Positions 48,986 through 58,997 of a DNA stretch of 64,000 nt are shown here, piece after piece. The DNA lies in NCBI GenBank assembly GCA_042218325.1, contig JBDGRE010000010.1, positions 1 to 64,000 of the forward strand, read 5' to 3'. The position numbers and the translations under genes are program-made. The stretch's first letter is position 1, and each line of letters opens with the position of its first letter. This DNA comes from Candidatus Nanohaloarchaea archaeon (GTDB taxonomy: Archaea > Nanohalarchaeota > Nanosalinia > Nanosalinales > Nanosalinaceae). The notes under the pieces are model-generated. The model did no database searches and was not told the origin of the DNA. It was given only the letters and a program-made list of their open reading frames with translations.

Positions 48986-49393
48986 TCATCCACCTCTCAG
49001 GGTAAACGTTTTCTCGTCCTTGTATATTTTTGCTGTCCCTCCTTCCACGGACCCCTGGAATTCGTAGTTCGGGAAGTTTTTCAGGCTGCTGCGGTAGTCT
49101 TTTCCGGTCTCGGTGGCTATCCTGACCTCGCTTCCCAGCACCAGCTCGTAAGACGTGCTGCCCACCTTTTCCGGTAGCTGGACGGTCACGGAACCGGAAT
49201 CTGTCTCTTCGAGCGTCTGTATGGCCTGCATCACGCGTGACTCCACCACGTTGGCCTGCCGGTTTTCCGCCCTGTCCACGACCTGGTCCCGGTAGGAGTG
49301 GAACGCGGAGATGGTCCCTATAGCTATAAGTAGGCCCAGCCCGAAGCTCGCGACACTCTCGATAGCGAGGTACTGGCCCGGTCTCCTGTTCAC
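48986..49393 (-). CDS. Pilin-like protein
   Basis: RRPG/QYLAIESVASFGLGLLI. Confidence 0.7.
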   Translation of the reverse strand: MNRRPGQYLAIESVASFGLGLLIAIGTISAFHSYRDQVVDRAENRQANVVESRVMQAIQTLEETDSGSVTVQLPEKVGSTSYELVLGSEVRIATETGKDYRSSLKNFPNYEFQGSVEGGTAKIYKDEKTFTLRGG

Positions 49394-50034
49394 TGGATAT
49401 CCACCGAAACCTGTCTTCTCGTCCTTTCCAGGTTTTCCCCGGTTCCGACTTCTACCCTGTCCGTTACCGCCCCCTCGTTCGAGATTAGCAGGGTGGTATC
49501 ACCGGTCGCTGTCTTCCTGCCCACGGAGGTCAGGTCTATCTTCCGCAGTCTCGCGCCAGATGGTGTGTCAGCATAAAGGTTCCTGAACTCTATCCTGTAG
49601 GTTATGGAAGAAGATCCGGGCCCCGAGGCTGCCCTGACCGCCACTACGCCGGGAAGGTCGCTGCCGAGCACACCGTAGCTCCCTGTCCCTATGGTAAGAT
49701 TCTGTCTGTTTTTGCCTTTGATAAGCGTCCAGGTACCCGCTGGGTAGGGAGGAGCTTGGGCCTGTGTGTTGACCTCGATATAGTCCTTGCCGGGGAAGAC
49801 CTCCAGGCGGCCGTCCATCTGGAGCTGGATCTCAGAAGTTGTGCCCTGACCACCGCGTGAGACTGAAACTATCTCGTCCCTCAGGTTCAGGATGTCGTTC
49901 TCAAGACTGTCAAGCTGTGCCTTGCTCTGCCGTTTCTCGAGAAGAGGTGTACCCCAGACATATGCGGTCGCCACGGTCCCGATTGTGACGGCCGTGATAA
50001 GAACAGCGGTCAATGCCTGGGTCTGCCCTTTCAT
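49390..50034 (-). CDS. Pilin-like protein
   Basis: MKG/QTQALTAVLI..YVWGTPL; ATG at 50034. Confidence 0.78.
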   Translation of the reverse strand: MKGQTQALTAVLITAVTIGTVATAYVWGTPLLEKRQSKAQLDSLENDILNLRDEIVSVSRGGQGTTSEIQLQMDGRLEVFPGKDYIEVNTQAQAPPYPAGTWTLIKGKNRQNLTIGTGSYGVLGSDLPGVVAVRAASGPGSSSITYRIEFRNLYADTPSGARLRKIDLTSVGRKTATGDTTLLISNEGAVTDRVEVGTGENLERTRRQVSVDIQ

Positions 50035-50075
50035 ACGAGAAAAAGGATTGCGGCGGAATATAAAACGAACGGGAG

Positions 50076-50609
50076 TTAGCAGACAAGCGCCCCGCTCGTG
50101 CTTGGTGAGCACGAGTAGCTCCAGGACTTGTCCGCCGTCTTGAACGACACCTCTATCCCGACGGTGTCGGTCGGGCCAGGCCAAGAGACGCCTGTCTTGC
50201 ACGTGTAGCTTTCACCTGGTTCGAGGAGTTCGTCACCGTTCTGAGGCTTGAAGCACCAGCTCTCGTCCTGGGCCTTGTCAGGGTAGTTGGTGAATCCAAG
50301 GCTGCCGTCTGCTCCGTCAGGTGAGAAAGCGATGTCGAACTGCTCTGTAACGTTGACAGTGACGTCGTCACCCGTGTTCCGCAGTGTTATGTTGATAGCA
50401 TCGTTGTTAGAGTTCGAGTCAGTATCGTTGTTGTACACTGAGCTGAACGTAAGCTCCGTGTTCTGCACCTTCTGCTGCTGGCTTAGCTGCTTGCTCGGGT
50501 TGCCCACGATGTTCTGGAACTGTGTGTAGACTACACCTACTGCACCGATAGTTATCAGCAGCAGGAGTACGATGGCGATCACCGGTGTGATACCTTTCTT
50601 GACTTTCAT
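50076..50609 (-). CDS. Archaeal type IV pilin (candidate major pilin)
   Basis: KKG/ITPVIAIVLLLLITI; own TTTAAA box. Confidence 0.88.
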   Translation of the reverse strand: MKVKKGITPVIAIVLLLLITIGAVGVVYTQFQNIVGNPSKQLSQQQKVQNTELTFSSVYNNDTDSNSNNDAINITLRNTGDDVTVNVTEQFDIAFSPDGADGSLGFTNYPDKAQDESWCFKPQNGDELLEPGESYTCKTGVSWPGPTDTVGIEVSFKTADKSWSYSCSPSTSGALVC

Positions 50610-50654
50610 TTCCTGCGGACCTATCCCTTGGTTTTCCTCGGCGGTTTAAATAAC

Positions 50655-51176
50655 TTAACAGGATGCTGTTCCCGAGTTGAAGCAGACGTGCGAGTCGGAC
50701 GTGCGGTATGGCCCGACCAGCTTGAAAGATTTCCTGCTGTCCGGGGCCGGGAACCTGACCGTGGTGTTTATGCTCAGTACCTCAGACTGGTCCAGTAAGA
50801 CCTGCGAGGCCGGGGCCTGCGCCATGTCGGTGTACTTCCAGCCCTTGCCGTTAGACCCTGCGTCTGAACTTACTGGCCTGCCGTCAGCGTACAGGCTGAA
50901 AAGCTTCCTTCCGCTCCTGTTCACGGGTATGGTTATGCTGCCGGTGTTCCTGACGTTCATGAACACGAAGCCGCCGGTCGACTCGTAGACGTATTCTATG
51001 TTTATGTTCGATTTCTGCCTCCTCTCCTGCTGCCGCAGGTTGTCCTCGATGTTGTTCGCGACATCTTTCTGGGCACTGGTAACGAACGTGTACGCAGAGG
51101 CCGTGGCTGCTATGCTGATAGTTATCAGTAGAACCGTGGCGACTACGGGCGTGATGCCCTTCTTACTCCCGTTCAC
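50655..51176 (-). CDS. Archaeal type IV pilin
   Basis: KKG/ITPVVATVLLITISI. Confidence 0.88.
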   Translation of the reverse strand: MNGSKKGITPVVATVLLITISIAATASAYTFVTSAQKDVANNIEDNLRQQERRQKSNINIEYVYESTGGFVFMNVRNTGSITIPVNRSGRKLFSLYADGRPVSSDAGSNGKGWKYTDMAQAPASQVLLDQSEVLSINTTVRFPAPDSRKSFKLVGPYRTSDSHVCFNSGTASC

Positions 51177-51858
51177 TATCCTGGTCCATCTTGTCGAAAC
51201 GGTTGCGGAGTTTTCTCATCCTGTCATCGCGGCCGCCTCCACTCCCGGAGCCGTTATCATCTCCCTGGGCCTGGTTCTGCCCCTGCTGTTGCCTTTCCCT
51301 GCTCCTGTCCGTGAGCCCTCTTCGGCCCCCGGAACGACCCTGGCGCCTGCCGCCGCTGTCAGAATCGTTCAGGATCTCGTCCTTGTTCTGGGCCGCGTAG
51401 GACCTCTTGAGGCTCTGGTTTATCTCCTCAAGCGACTCCACGACCTGCTGGTTGGTCTGCTGCATATCCCCTACGACCTGCTCCATCCGGTCGCCCACTG
51501 CATCCGCGATACGGGACCGCATATCGTTCACCATCTCGCCCTCCATATCCATCTCGGAGGCCTCCTTGAGAAGGTCCATGAACTCGTTCATGTTGTCCAC
51601 GACCTCGTCCATCTTGTACGTCAGGTCCTCTACCTCGTTCTTAAGCTCGTGGGTGGACTCGGTCATGTCGTTGACTATCTTCTGGTTCGACTTCATGATG
51701 TCCAGGACATCACGGACGACCTCGTCACTCGGGCCTGCGCCGCCCTGGGCGTTGGTCTCTATATTATCGATCCTTTTCTCCAGCCGCCTGATAGGGCCGA
51801 CCGGCACGACCTCGTAATCCTCCGTTTCCTCACCTAAATCGACTTCTTCCTCGGGCAT
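51163..51858 (-). CDS. Cytoplasmic coiled-coil protein heading the pilus locus
   Basis: Heptad-rich; overlaps pilin start. Confidence 0.7.
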   Translation of the reverse strand: MPEEEVDLGEETEDYEVVPVGPIRRLEKRIDNIETNAQGGAGPSDEVVRDVLDIMKSNQKIVNDMTESTHELKNEVEDLTYKMDEVVDNMNEFMDLLKEASEMDMEGEMVNDMRSRIADAVGDRMEQVVGDMQQTNQQVVESLEEINQSLKRSYAAQNKDEILNDSDSGGRRQGRSGGRRGLTDRSRERQQQGQNQAQGDDNGSGSGGGRDDRMRKLRNRFDKMDQDSERE

Positions 51859-51918
51859 AGTTAATACACCTTATACAACTCAAAATTTGCTTGGCCCGTA
51901 TTTATAAGGCGTGGTCGC

Positions 51919-52603
51919 CTACCACTCTGTCTGTTGTTCTGGAGATTCTTCCCGGGCGGAGAGCAGTTCCCTGACGAGTTGCAAGGGGTTCGATACCGCT
52001 TTCTCCCAGGTGTCAGGGTTGACGGCTTTCAGTCTCCCTTTCTCGTAATCGAGACCTGTTTCCTCCAGAGTGCTTTCAAGCCTGCTGGCCGTTTCTCTAC
52101 GGTTCCTGCTGGAATACGGATGGCCTGAGAAACGGAACGTTTCATCGCTGTAGTTTACCTGTACAGCATCTGCCGCAACGGGTAAGGAGTCGTCGCGTGA
52201 GACGTGGAATATCAATACAGGTTTGTTTCTCTCAAGCTCTTCGATGGCTTCATGAGCGCTCTGCGGGAATTCTGTTTCACTGGTGAACGGAAGACTATTG
52301 CTTTCGCTTTCTGCTACAAGTCTATACCCGTAGACATCCATCTCACCTTCCCAGTTCTCCATAAGAGAGGAGAGATTTTCCCTGTCCCCCGCAGTATTTT
52401 CGAACTCTACATCCTCCTGATTTATGTTGTAAGCAAGACCTCTCTGGCGCGTTTTTACATCTGCTGAGAACCTATCCGGGTTTTCGAACAGGTCGAAGGG
52501 GGTCCTGTAATTTGCTTCCAGCCGTACGAAGATATCAGTTTTGTCTCCGTACAGCTCCTCGTTCAGTTCGCGGATCGCGTCCCGGTCAGTTTTTAACGTC
52601 CAT
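51919..52603 (-). pseudogene. Hypothetical protein, probably frameshifted just after ATG 52603
   Basis: The frame of ORF 51919-52362 stays open about 80 codons upstream; ATG 52603 joins it if one A is removed from the A5 run near 52590-52594. Confidence 0.5.
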
Positions 52604-52667
52604 ACAGAGAATAATCCGACGGAATAAAGTAAAGAAGATAATGGGAGGATTAGTAGAGCTTAAGACT

Positions 52668-52697
52668 CTACATCATTCCTCCCATGCCGCCCGCTCC
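52668..52697 (-). repeat. Second copy of a thermosome-like 3' end (GAGGMGGMM*)
   Basis: GGAGCGGGCGGCATGGGAGGAATGATGTAG about 60 nt downstream of the real stop. Confidence 0.6.
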
Positions 52698-52753
52698 AAA
52701 ATCGGAGATTTTATGCGTGCGCAGAAACCGCGGAGCGGTTTCGAGTGGCGGGA

Positions 52754-54406
52754 TTACATCATCCCGCCTGGCATTCCGCCGCCGGGCATACCTCCGCCGC
52801 CGGCAGGTGGGCCTCCAGCGCCTTCGTCGTCGCTGTCGAAGCCGGACGCGGAGATGACGTCGTCGATGCGGAGGATCATCTCCGCGGCTTCAGACGCTGA
52901 CTGTACGGCCTGTGTCTTGGTCTGCTTCGGCTCGACGACCCCCTGTTCGTACAGGGTCTCGCTCTTCCCGGAGGTTACATCGATACCGGCCCACTTGTCG
53001 CCTTCCTCGTGCCTGTTCCTCAGGCCGACGAGGGTGTCGATGGGGTCGAAGCCAGCGTTCTCGGCGAGTGTCCGCGGGATGACTTCCAGAGCGTCCGCGA
53101 AGGAGTTGATGGCGAGCTGTTCGCGCCCGCCTACGGAGTCAGCGTAGTCACGGAGGTTCTGGGCCAGCTCGACTTCCGTGGCACCTCCGCCTCCTACTAC
53201 GCGGCCGCTTCTCAGCGCCGAGGAAACGGAGCCGAGCGCGTCTTCCATCGCTCTTTCGATTTCATCTACTACGTGCTCCGTTCCGCCGCGGATGAGGATG
53301 CTTACGGACTTGGCCTCGGGGCAGTCCTGGACGAAGGTCATGGCGTCTCCGCCTACGTGTCTCTGTTCTACGCTGCCTGCGCTTCCAAGGTTGCTGCTGG
53401 AGATGTCGTCGATGCTCGTGACGATGTTCGCTCCCGTGGCCTTCGCCAGCTTCTCGATGTCGCTGCTGGAAACTCTTCTTGCGGCGAAGATGCCTTCCTT
53501 GGCGAGGTAGTGCTGTGCGATGTCGTCCATGCCTTTCTGGCAGAATACGACGTTCGCGCCGCTCTGCTTGATGGATTCTACCATCTCCTTCAGCTGCTCT
53601 TCCTCCTGCTCGACGAAGTTCTTCATCTGGGAGGGGTCGGAGATGTTGATCTCCGCGTCTGTTTCTGTCTCCCTGACCTCGATAGGTGAGTCGATGACCG
53701 CGACCTTGGCATCATCGATGCTGCCGGGCATGCCGGAGTGGACCTTCTCCTTGTCGAGGATCACTCCCTTCACGAGCTCTGTATCCTCGGCGCTTGCGCC
53801 CTGCTTCTTCTCGACCTTGATGAGGTCCCTGTTGACGTGGCCGTCTTCCGCGACAGAACTTACGGCCTCGACCGCTATCTCCGCGAGGTTGTCCCGCGCA
53901 GCTTCCGCGCTTTTACCAGTCATCGCGGTCATCGCGACCTTCTGGAGCGCCTCCTCGTCATCGAGGGCGACCTCCTCGGAGAGGTCGTCGAGAACTTCGG
54001 TGGCCCGCTCCTTCGCGAGCCGGAATCCCTTCGTTATTATAGTAGGGTGGATCTCCTGGTCGAGCAGGTCCTCCGCTTGCTTGAGCAGTTCGCCCGCCAG
54101 GACTACCGCCGTGGTAGTCCCGTCGCCGACCTCTTCTTCCTGGGTCTGTGCGACCTCGACCATCATCTTGGCCGCGGGGTGCTCGAGGTCCATCTCTTCG
54201 AGTATGGTTACGCCGTCGTTCGTGACGACGATATCGCCGACTGAGTCGACCATCATCTTGTCCATCCCCTTCGGACCGAGCGTCGTCCTCACGGCCTTGG
54301 AGACAGTCTTGCACGCGTCGATATTGTTCTCCTGTGCGTCTTCTCCGGTTTGCCGCTGTGCGTCCTCCGACATGATAAATACTGGTTGTCCTCCTAGTCC
54401 TGGCAT
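52754..54406 (-). CDS. ths: Thermosome (group II chaperonin) subunit
   Basis: [25 protein letters not shown] tail. Confidence 0.98.
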   Translation of the reverse strand: MPGLGGQPVFIMSEDAQRQTGEDAQENNIDACKTVSKAVRTTLGPKGMDKMMVDSVGDIVVTNDGVTILEEMDLEHPAAKMMVEVAQTQEEEVGDGTTTAVVLAGELLKQAEDLLDQEIHPTIITKGFRLAKERATEVLDDLSEEVALDDEEALQKVAMTAMTGKSAEAARDNLAEIAVEAVSSVAEDGHVNRDLIKVEKKQGASAEDTELVKGVILDKEKVHSGMPGSIDDAKVAVIDSPIEVRETETDAEINISDPSQMKNFVEQEEEQLKEMVESIKQSGANVVFCQKGMDDIAQHYLAKEGIFAARRVSSSDIEKLAKATGANIVTSIDDISSSNLGSAGSVEQRHVGGDAMTFVQDCPEAKSVSILIRGGTEHVVDEIERAMEDALGSVSSALRSGRVVGGGGATEVELAQNLRDYADSVGGREQLAINSFADALEVIPRTLAENAGFDPIDTLVGLRNRHEEGDKWAGIDVTSGKSETLYEQGVVEPKQTKTQAVQSASEAAEMILRIDDVISASGFDSDDEGAGGPPAGGGGMPGGGMPGGMM

Positions 54407-54475
54407 GATTGATTCACCTTAGAAACATGTACGGCATATAAGCCAAACTATAAAAACAGTTAGCACCTGTCTGGC

Positions 54476-56332
54476 CTATCCGGTCCTTTTCTCCAGCTCT
54501 TCCTGCAGTATCTTTGAGACCTTGTCGCCGGGCGCGTCGACTCGCTGCATTACCACGCCCATCAGGGCGCCCTGGGCCCGCATGCCTTCTTCCTCGACCA
54601 TGTCTTGCTTCTCGTTGAGCACGTCCTTCACGGCTTCACGTATCTCCTCCTCGCCCGCCTTGCCTGCAAGGGCCTCTTCTACGGCCTCCTCTTTTTCACC
54701 GGGGTTCTCGGTCATGCGGGAGAGCACGTCTTCTATGTGGCCTTTCTCCAGTTCTCCTGATCTCAGCGCGTCGAACAGTGCCTCGAAGTGGCCTTTCGCG
54801 AGATTCTCGACCTTCCTGCCCTCAGATTCGAGCCGGGCGTAGATGTTGGTGAATACGTTGGCGGCCAGCCTCGCATCGACCCGGTCCTTGAACTCTTCGA
54901 ACAGCGGGAGCATGGGGGAGCTGACTATCTGCGACGCCAGTTCCTCGCCGATCTCTTCCGCGTATTTTTTCTCCCGCTGTTTCAGGGTCTCGGGCAGGTT
55001 GTCGTCTATCTCCTTGATTTTCTCTTCCGGTACCCTGATGGGTGGTATGTCGGTCTCCGGGTACATCCTCGCCGAGCCAGGTAGAGGGCGAGAGTAGCTG
55101 GTGGTGAAGTCCTGCTTGGCGTTCCGCGTCTCTTCAGGGACCTCGCCCGCGTAGATCTGCCTTGCGCGCTGCTTCACGGCTTTCGCGGCTTCTTCTGCCT
55201 TCCCGGAGGATCCTGCGAGTATCGCCAGCACGTCACCGGGTTCCGAGTCCATCTCCCCGGCCAGCTCGTCGAACTCGTCGTCCAGGTTGTAGTTCTTGAG
55301 GTCCTCGTCAGTATGTATCATGCCTCTCAGGCCGCGACTCCTGGCGTAGTCGACCAGCTCCAGCGCGAGGTACCTGTCTCCCGCGATCTCCTCTTTCATC
55401 TTTCCTGCCAGCCCGGGCAGTTTCAGTGCGTGTACGGAGCCGTCGTTCTCGACAACTGTCGAGACTATCTGGTTGTTCGAGCCCTCGAACAGGCCGGTCA
55501 CATCCCGTGTCTCTACTTCAGGGTTGCCGAGTTCTTCTCCGAGCTCGACAAGGTTCTTCTGCCGTTCGACCTCCAGCTCGATAAGTTTATCGATGTTCTC
55601 CACGTCCTGGAAGCCCTTGATCTCTACTCTCGCGCCGTCCTCTATCGATACGTTGACGTCCTGTCTGATGGTTCCCAGGCCTCTCCGGGCTTTACCTGTT
55701 GACCGGAGCAGCATACCGATCTCCATCGCGACCTCCCGTGCGTGCTCCGGGTTCTGGATCGACGCGTCGGTCCCGACCTCTACGAGAGGGATGCCGAGCC
55801 GGTTCAGGTCGTATACCGCTTTATCTTCCTCTCTACTATGTATGCCGGCTGACTCTTCCTCGAGCTCGATATCCTCTATGGCAACGGTTCCTGTATCTGT
55901 CTCCAGTTCTCCCGAGAGGCCTACCATAGCGGTCCTCTGGAAGCCCGAAGTGTTCGACCCGTCGACTACCAGCTTCCGCATCACCTGTATCTCCTCCGGC
56001 ACCTCGGCGTCGACCATCCTCGCGAACGTCAGCGCCGTCTCCAGTGCCTCGCTGTCGAGCTCGTGCGGCGGCTCCTCGTCCAGCTCGACCAGGCAGTTGC
56101 AGTCCTCGTAGTAATTGTATACGAACTTCCGGGACTTCATCTCCTCGACCCTCGCCGCGACATCTTTTTCACCTGTCTCGCCGGCGACAGCCTTCAGGAA
56201 CCGCTCGACTTGCGCATCGGGCGCTGTATCCTCCAGCTCTACCGGGCAGCTGCAGAAAAGTTTTTGCGAGGTCGCGAGCTGCTGGTGTATCTCTATCCCG
56301 CACCTGAATCCGAGCTCGTCGTAGTCAGTCAT
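54476..56332 (-). CDS. gatE: Glu-tRNA(Gln) amidotransferase subunit E
   Basis: GIEIHQQL, VDGSNTSGFQRT, RGLGTIRQDVNVS, PGSARMYPETD. Confidence 0.97.
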   Translation of the reverse strand: MTDYDELGFRCGIEIHQQLATSQKLFCSCPVELEDTAPDAQVERFLKAVAGETGEKDVAARVEEMKSRKFVYNYYEDCNCLVELDEEPPHELDSEALETALTFARMVDAEVPEEIQVMRKLVVDGSNTSGFQRTAMVGLSGELETDTGTVAIEDIELEEESAGIHSREEDKAVYDLNRLGIPLVEVGTDASIQNPEHAREVAMEIGMLLRSTGKARRGLGTIRQDVNVSIEDGARVEIKGFQDVENIDKLIELEVERQKNLVELGEELGNPEVETRDVTGLFEGSNNQIVSTVVENDGSVHALKLPGLAGKMKEEIAGDRYLALELVDYARSRGLRGMIHTDEDLKNYNLDDEFDELAGEMDSEPGDVLAILAGSSGKAEEAAKAVKQRARQIYAGEVPEETRNAKQDFTTSYSRPLPGSARMYPETDIPPIRVPEEKIKEIDDNLPETLKQREKKYAEEIGEELASQIVSSPMLPLFEEFKDRVDARLAANVFTNIYARLESEGRKVENLAKGHFEALFDALRSGELEKGHIEDVLSRMTENPGEKEEAVEEALAGKAGEEEIREAVKDVLNEKQDMVEEEGMRAQGALMGVVMQRVDAPGDKVSKILQEELEKRTG

Positions 56333-56607
56333 GTTAGCTCCTCCTCTATGACTTCGGCAGGCTCCCCGGCTGTGAGCATATCTGCCATCTCCTCAGCGGT
56401 ATCGGCGTAGCCGGGCTCCACGTAAAGCTTTCTGAGCCCGTCTATGTCCGCGACCTCCCGGCCCGCGATGCTGTTGATGCCCTCGTAGATGTCTTCGGCC
56501 GCAAGCGCGTTTTCGAAGGTAAACGTGATCCTCTGGGCCAGTACACTCATACCCCGGCTGTATTCATAGCTTTCTGCTTCACCGGTTATCCTGTGTTCAA
56601 GAGACAA
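56329..56607 (-). CDS. Hypothetical protein
   Basis: Overlaps both neighbours in the operon. Confidence 0.55.
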   Translation of the reverse strand: MSLEHRITGEAESYEYSRGMSVLAQRITFTFENALAAEDIYEGINSIAGREVADIDGLRKLYVEPGYADTAEEMADMLTAGEPAEVIEEELT

Positions 56608-57133
56608 CTTGCTTCACCTCTTCCCGCAGTTCTTCTTTCGAGATACCATCGTTTTTAATCATGTGGTCAGAAAGCGCGAGCAGCTTTCCGACACCGTTGT
56701 CGATCTCGCGGAGGTCCCGCTCGTGGAAATCCTGGCCTTTGACGTCCTCCTCCCGGTTCCTGTCCTCCCTGCGCTGCTTCCGGGTTTCACGGGAGGCCCA
56801 GACGGCGACGACTTCTATCTCCTCGTCCAGCTCTTTCTCGAACCGCTCTTTCTCGCTCCAGCCGCGCATACCGGTGATAACTATCTTTTCCTTTTCGTCC
56901 GCCACCTCCTGCAGGTAAGGCGTGGAAAGCTGCGCGATGGCGTCCATCCCGTGCTCGTCACGAAGCGAGTTCACGAAATCGCCCTCGTTTCCCGGTTCGA
57001 TACCCCTTCTTTCCATCTCTATCCTGACCACGTCCCCCATATCGAGCAAGGTGTAGCCCTGGTTCTCCATGAACTCTGCGACTAATGTCTTGCCGGAGAG
57101 CGGCATCCCTGTGACCCCGTATATCTCAGTCAT
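56597..57133 (-). CDS. P-loop kinase (dephospho-CoA-kinase-like archaeal family)
   Basis: TGMPLSGKT, MGDVVR, GMR..E, RDLRE..GV. Confidence 0.8.
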   Translation of the reverse strand: MTEIYGVTGMPLSGKTLVAEFMENQGYTLLDMGDVVRIEMERRGIEPGNEGDFVNSLRDEHGMDAIAQLSTPYLQEVADEKEKIVITGMRGWSEKERFEKELDEEIEVVAVWASRETRKQRREDRNREEDVKGQDFHERDLREIDNGVGKLLALSDHMIKNDGISKEELREEVKQVVS

Positions 57134-57386
57134 CCATCAACGCCCCCATCGCTATGTAGTCGAGAGCTTCCCTGAAACGCTGTAATCCTTTCTCGCCCTG
57201 CAGATAGAATCTTTCCTCCTGTTCCTCCAGATTCTCCGGGAAGTCGGTACCTATATCTTCCGAGTACCTGTGAAGGAGCTCTACCGGGTCCTTGGTATCT
57301 TCTGTCGGGTCGAGATAGTAGGACCTGGCCTCATCCATCAACTCCTCCTTCTTCAGGACCGCTTCCACGTATTCAAGGGAGCCCAT
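57126..57386 (-). CDS. Hypothetical protein
   Basis: Acidic 86-aa ORF in operon orientation. Confidence 0.55.
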   Translation of the reverse strand: MGSLEYVEAVLKKEELMDEARSYYLDPTEDTKDPVELLHRYSEDIGTDFPENLEEQEERFYLQGEKGLQRFREALDYIAMGALMDD

Positions 57387-57391
57387 GACAC

Positions 57392-58684
57392 TCAGTTCCC
57401 GTAGAGAGACCTCTCGCTGATCTCCACGTTCACGTTTTTCCGGAACAGTTCCTCCGCATCCTCACCCGAGGCCTGGCCGAGCGCCCACATCATCTTGACG
57501 TACGCCAGCTCCGGGTGCATATCCCGGGCGCCGATTACTCCCTCGTTTTTTACCCGGAGCTGGTTGGCGTATACGTTCATGTCCACGCGGCCGTTGACAC
57601 ACTGGGAGGTCATGACTGTCAGAGCGTCGTCGGCTATCTCTGATACTCTTTCCAGCATATCCTGGTGGTGTTCTGTATGCTCGTCCTGCGGTCGCGATGG
57701 CATGTGGCCGAGCCCTGTCCCCTCTATAATCAGGCCGCTGGGTTCGTGGTCGAGCACGGTTTCGAACTCCTCGACCTTCATCCCTGGCCGAGTCTTCAAG
57801 TAGGCGACATCGGTATCCAGCTCCGGCCTGAACTCGTACTCGTCGTTTCTTTCCTCGAAGTCCGTTTCGATTTCACCAGTCTGGTAGTTGACCTTTCCCA
57901 GAGGTTTCGAGTTAATCGGCTGGAACGCGTCTCTCCGCGAAGTGTGCATCTTCCGTGCCTTTGCCGAATTCAGTATGTGGCATTCGTCGTCGCTGGAGGA
58001 CCCGTGCATGCAGATGCCGACTCCCTTAAAATCGGTCTCTGCCAGGAACTTGCCAGCGCAGTACAGGTTCATGGTCGCATCCGTTGAAGGCCTATCGCTC
58101 GACCGCTGTGCCCCTACCAGCAGCACACCTGTATCGATTCCTTTCAGCATGAGCCTCAACGCAGCCCCTGTATACGCCATCGTGTCGGTTCCATGGCCGA
58201 TGATGATGCCATCGTAATCATCTTTTACCTCGTCTATCTTCCTGGCGATATCCTGCCAGTGTCCTGGCTCCATGTCCTCAGACATTATCTGGGCTGCGAC
58301 CTCTGAATGCAGGTTGACTTCCTCGTCGAGTTCAGGATACATCTGGACAAGGTCTTCCGGCTCGTAGGACGCTTTCACACCGCCTTCCTCGTAGGATACC
58401 CGGGAGGCGATCGTTCCGCCGGTGTGCAGCACCAGGATATCCGGCCTGTCTTCTTCATGCTCTATATCCGGCTTCTCCCTCTCGCTGCTTTCCTGTTTCT
58501 CCACCAGCTCAGGCTCGCCCCTGACGCCGATGTTGTAGCCGCTTTCAAGCTTTATCACGAAGGTCTCCGGGTCGCCGCTCTCGGGCTTCGGCATCAGCCT
58601 TCCCTCGTGGCCGTCGACACTGACACGGTCGCCGACCTCTATACCTTCCTCCTCGAGCTGCTGCTGTATTTCTCCAGAATACAT
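57392..58684 (-). CDS. gatD: Glu-tRNA(Gln) amidotransferase subunit D
   Basis: KLESGYNIG, TGGTIAS, HGTDT, QRSSDRPS, KMHTSRRDAF; ATG at 58684. Confidence 0.96.
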   Translation of the reverse strand: MYSGEIQQQLEEEGIEVGDRVSVDGHEGRLMPKPESGDPETFVIKLESGYNIGVRGEPELVEKQESSEREKPDIEHEEDRPDILVLHTGGTIASRVSYEEGGVKASYEPEDLVQMYPELDEEVNLHSEVAAQIMSEDMEPGHWQDIARKIDEVKDDYDGIIIGHGTDTMAYTGAALRLMLKGIDTGVLLVGAQRSSDRPSTDATMNLYCAGKFLAETDFKGVGICMHGSSSDDECHILNSAKARKMHTSRRDAFQPINSKPLGKVNYQTGEIETDFEERNDEYEFRPELDTDVAYLKTRPGMKVEEFETVLDHEPSGLIIEGTGLGHMPSRPQDEHTEHHQDMLERVSEIADDALTVMTSQCVNGRVDMNVYANQLRVKNEGVIGARDMHPELAYVKMMWALGQASGEDAEELFRKNVNVEISERSLYGN

Positions 58685-58850
58685 ACAGTTTCCCGCGGTT
58701 TCAAACCTTAATAAACTATAGAGAACCGGTAGTATGTAATACATGAAAGGTCTGAAAGGTGTTATAGCGCACTCTTGTATTACATTGCTGGGACTGTCCC
58801 GGGAGCCGAGTTTAAAAGAATGACAGGGAATCTTGGATTTATCACTTAAC

Positions 58851-58925
58851 GGCGGGGTGGTGTAGCTCGGACTATCATCGTGCCTTTGGGAGGCATGGAC
58901 CCCGGTTCAAATCCGGGCCCTGCCA
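58851..58925 (+). tRNA. tRNA-Pro (UGG)
   Basis: Acceptor GGCGGGG/CCCTGCC, anticodon arm GTGCC-TTTGGGA-GGCAT, T arm CCCGG-TTCAAAT-CCGGG. Confidence 0.95.
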
Positions 58926-58997
58926 ATTGCAAATCTCCACAATTCTAAGGGATGACGAAACTGCCAGAAACTTTTGAAGTGGTTGAAAAGTTTCCAG

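Noticed and set aside
47273-51176. Archaellum operon
   Set aside because: No ArlH/ArlF/ArlG recognised; split TadC-like platform genes and multiple minor pilins fit an adhesive pilus.
58744-58824. Short ORF MKGLKGVIAHSC... upstream of tRNA-Pro
   Set aside because: About 26 codons, atypical composition, lies in a promoter region; no support.
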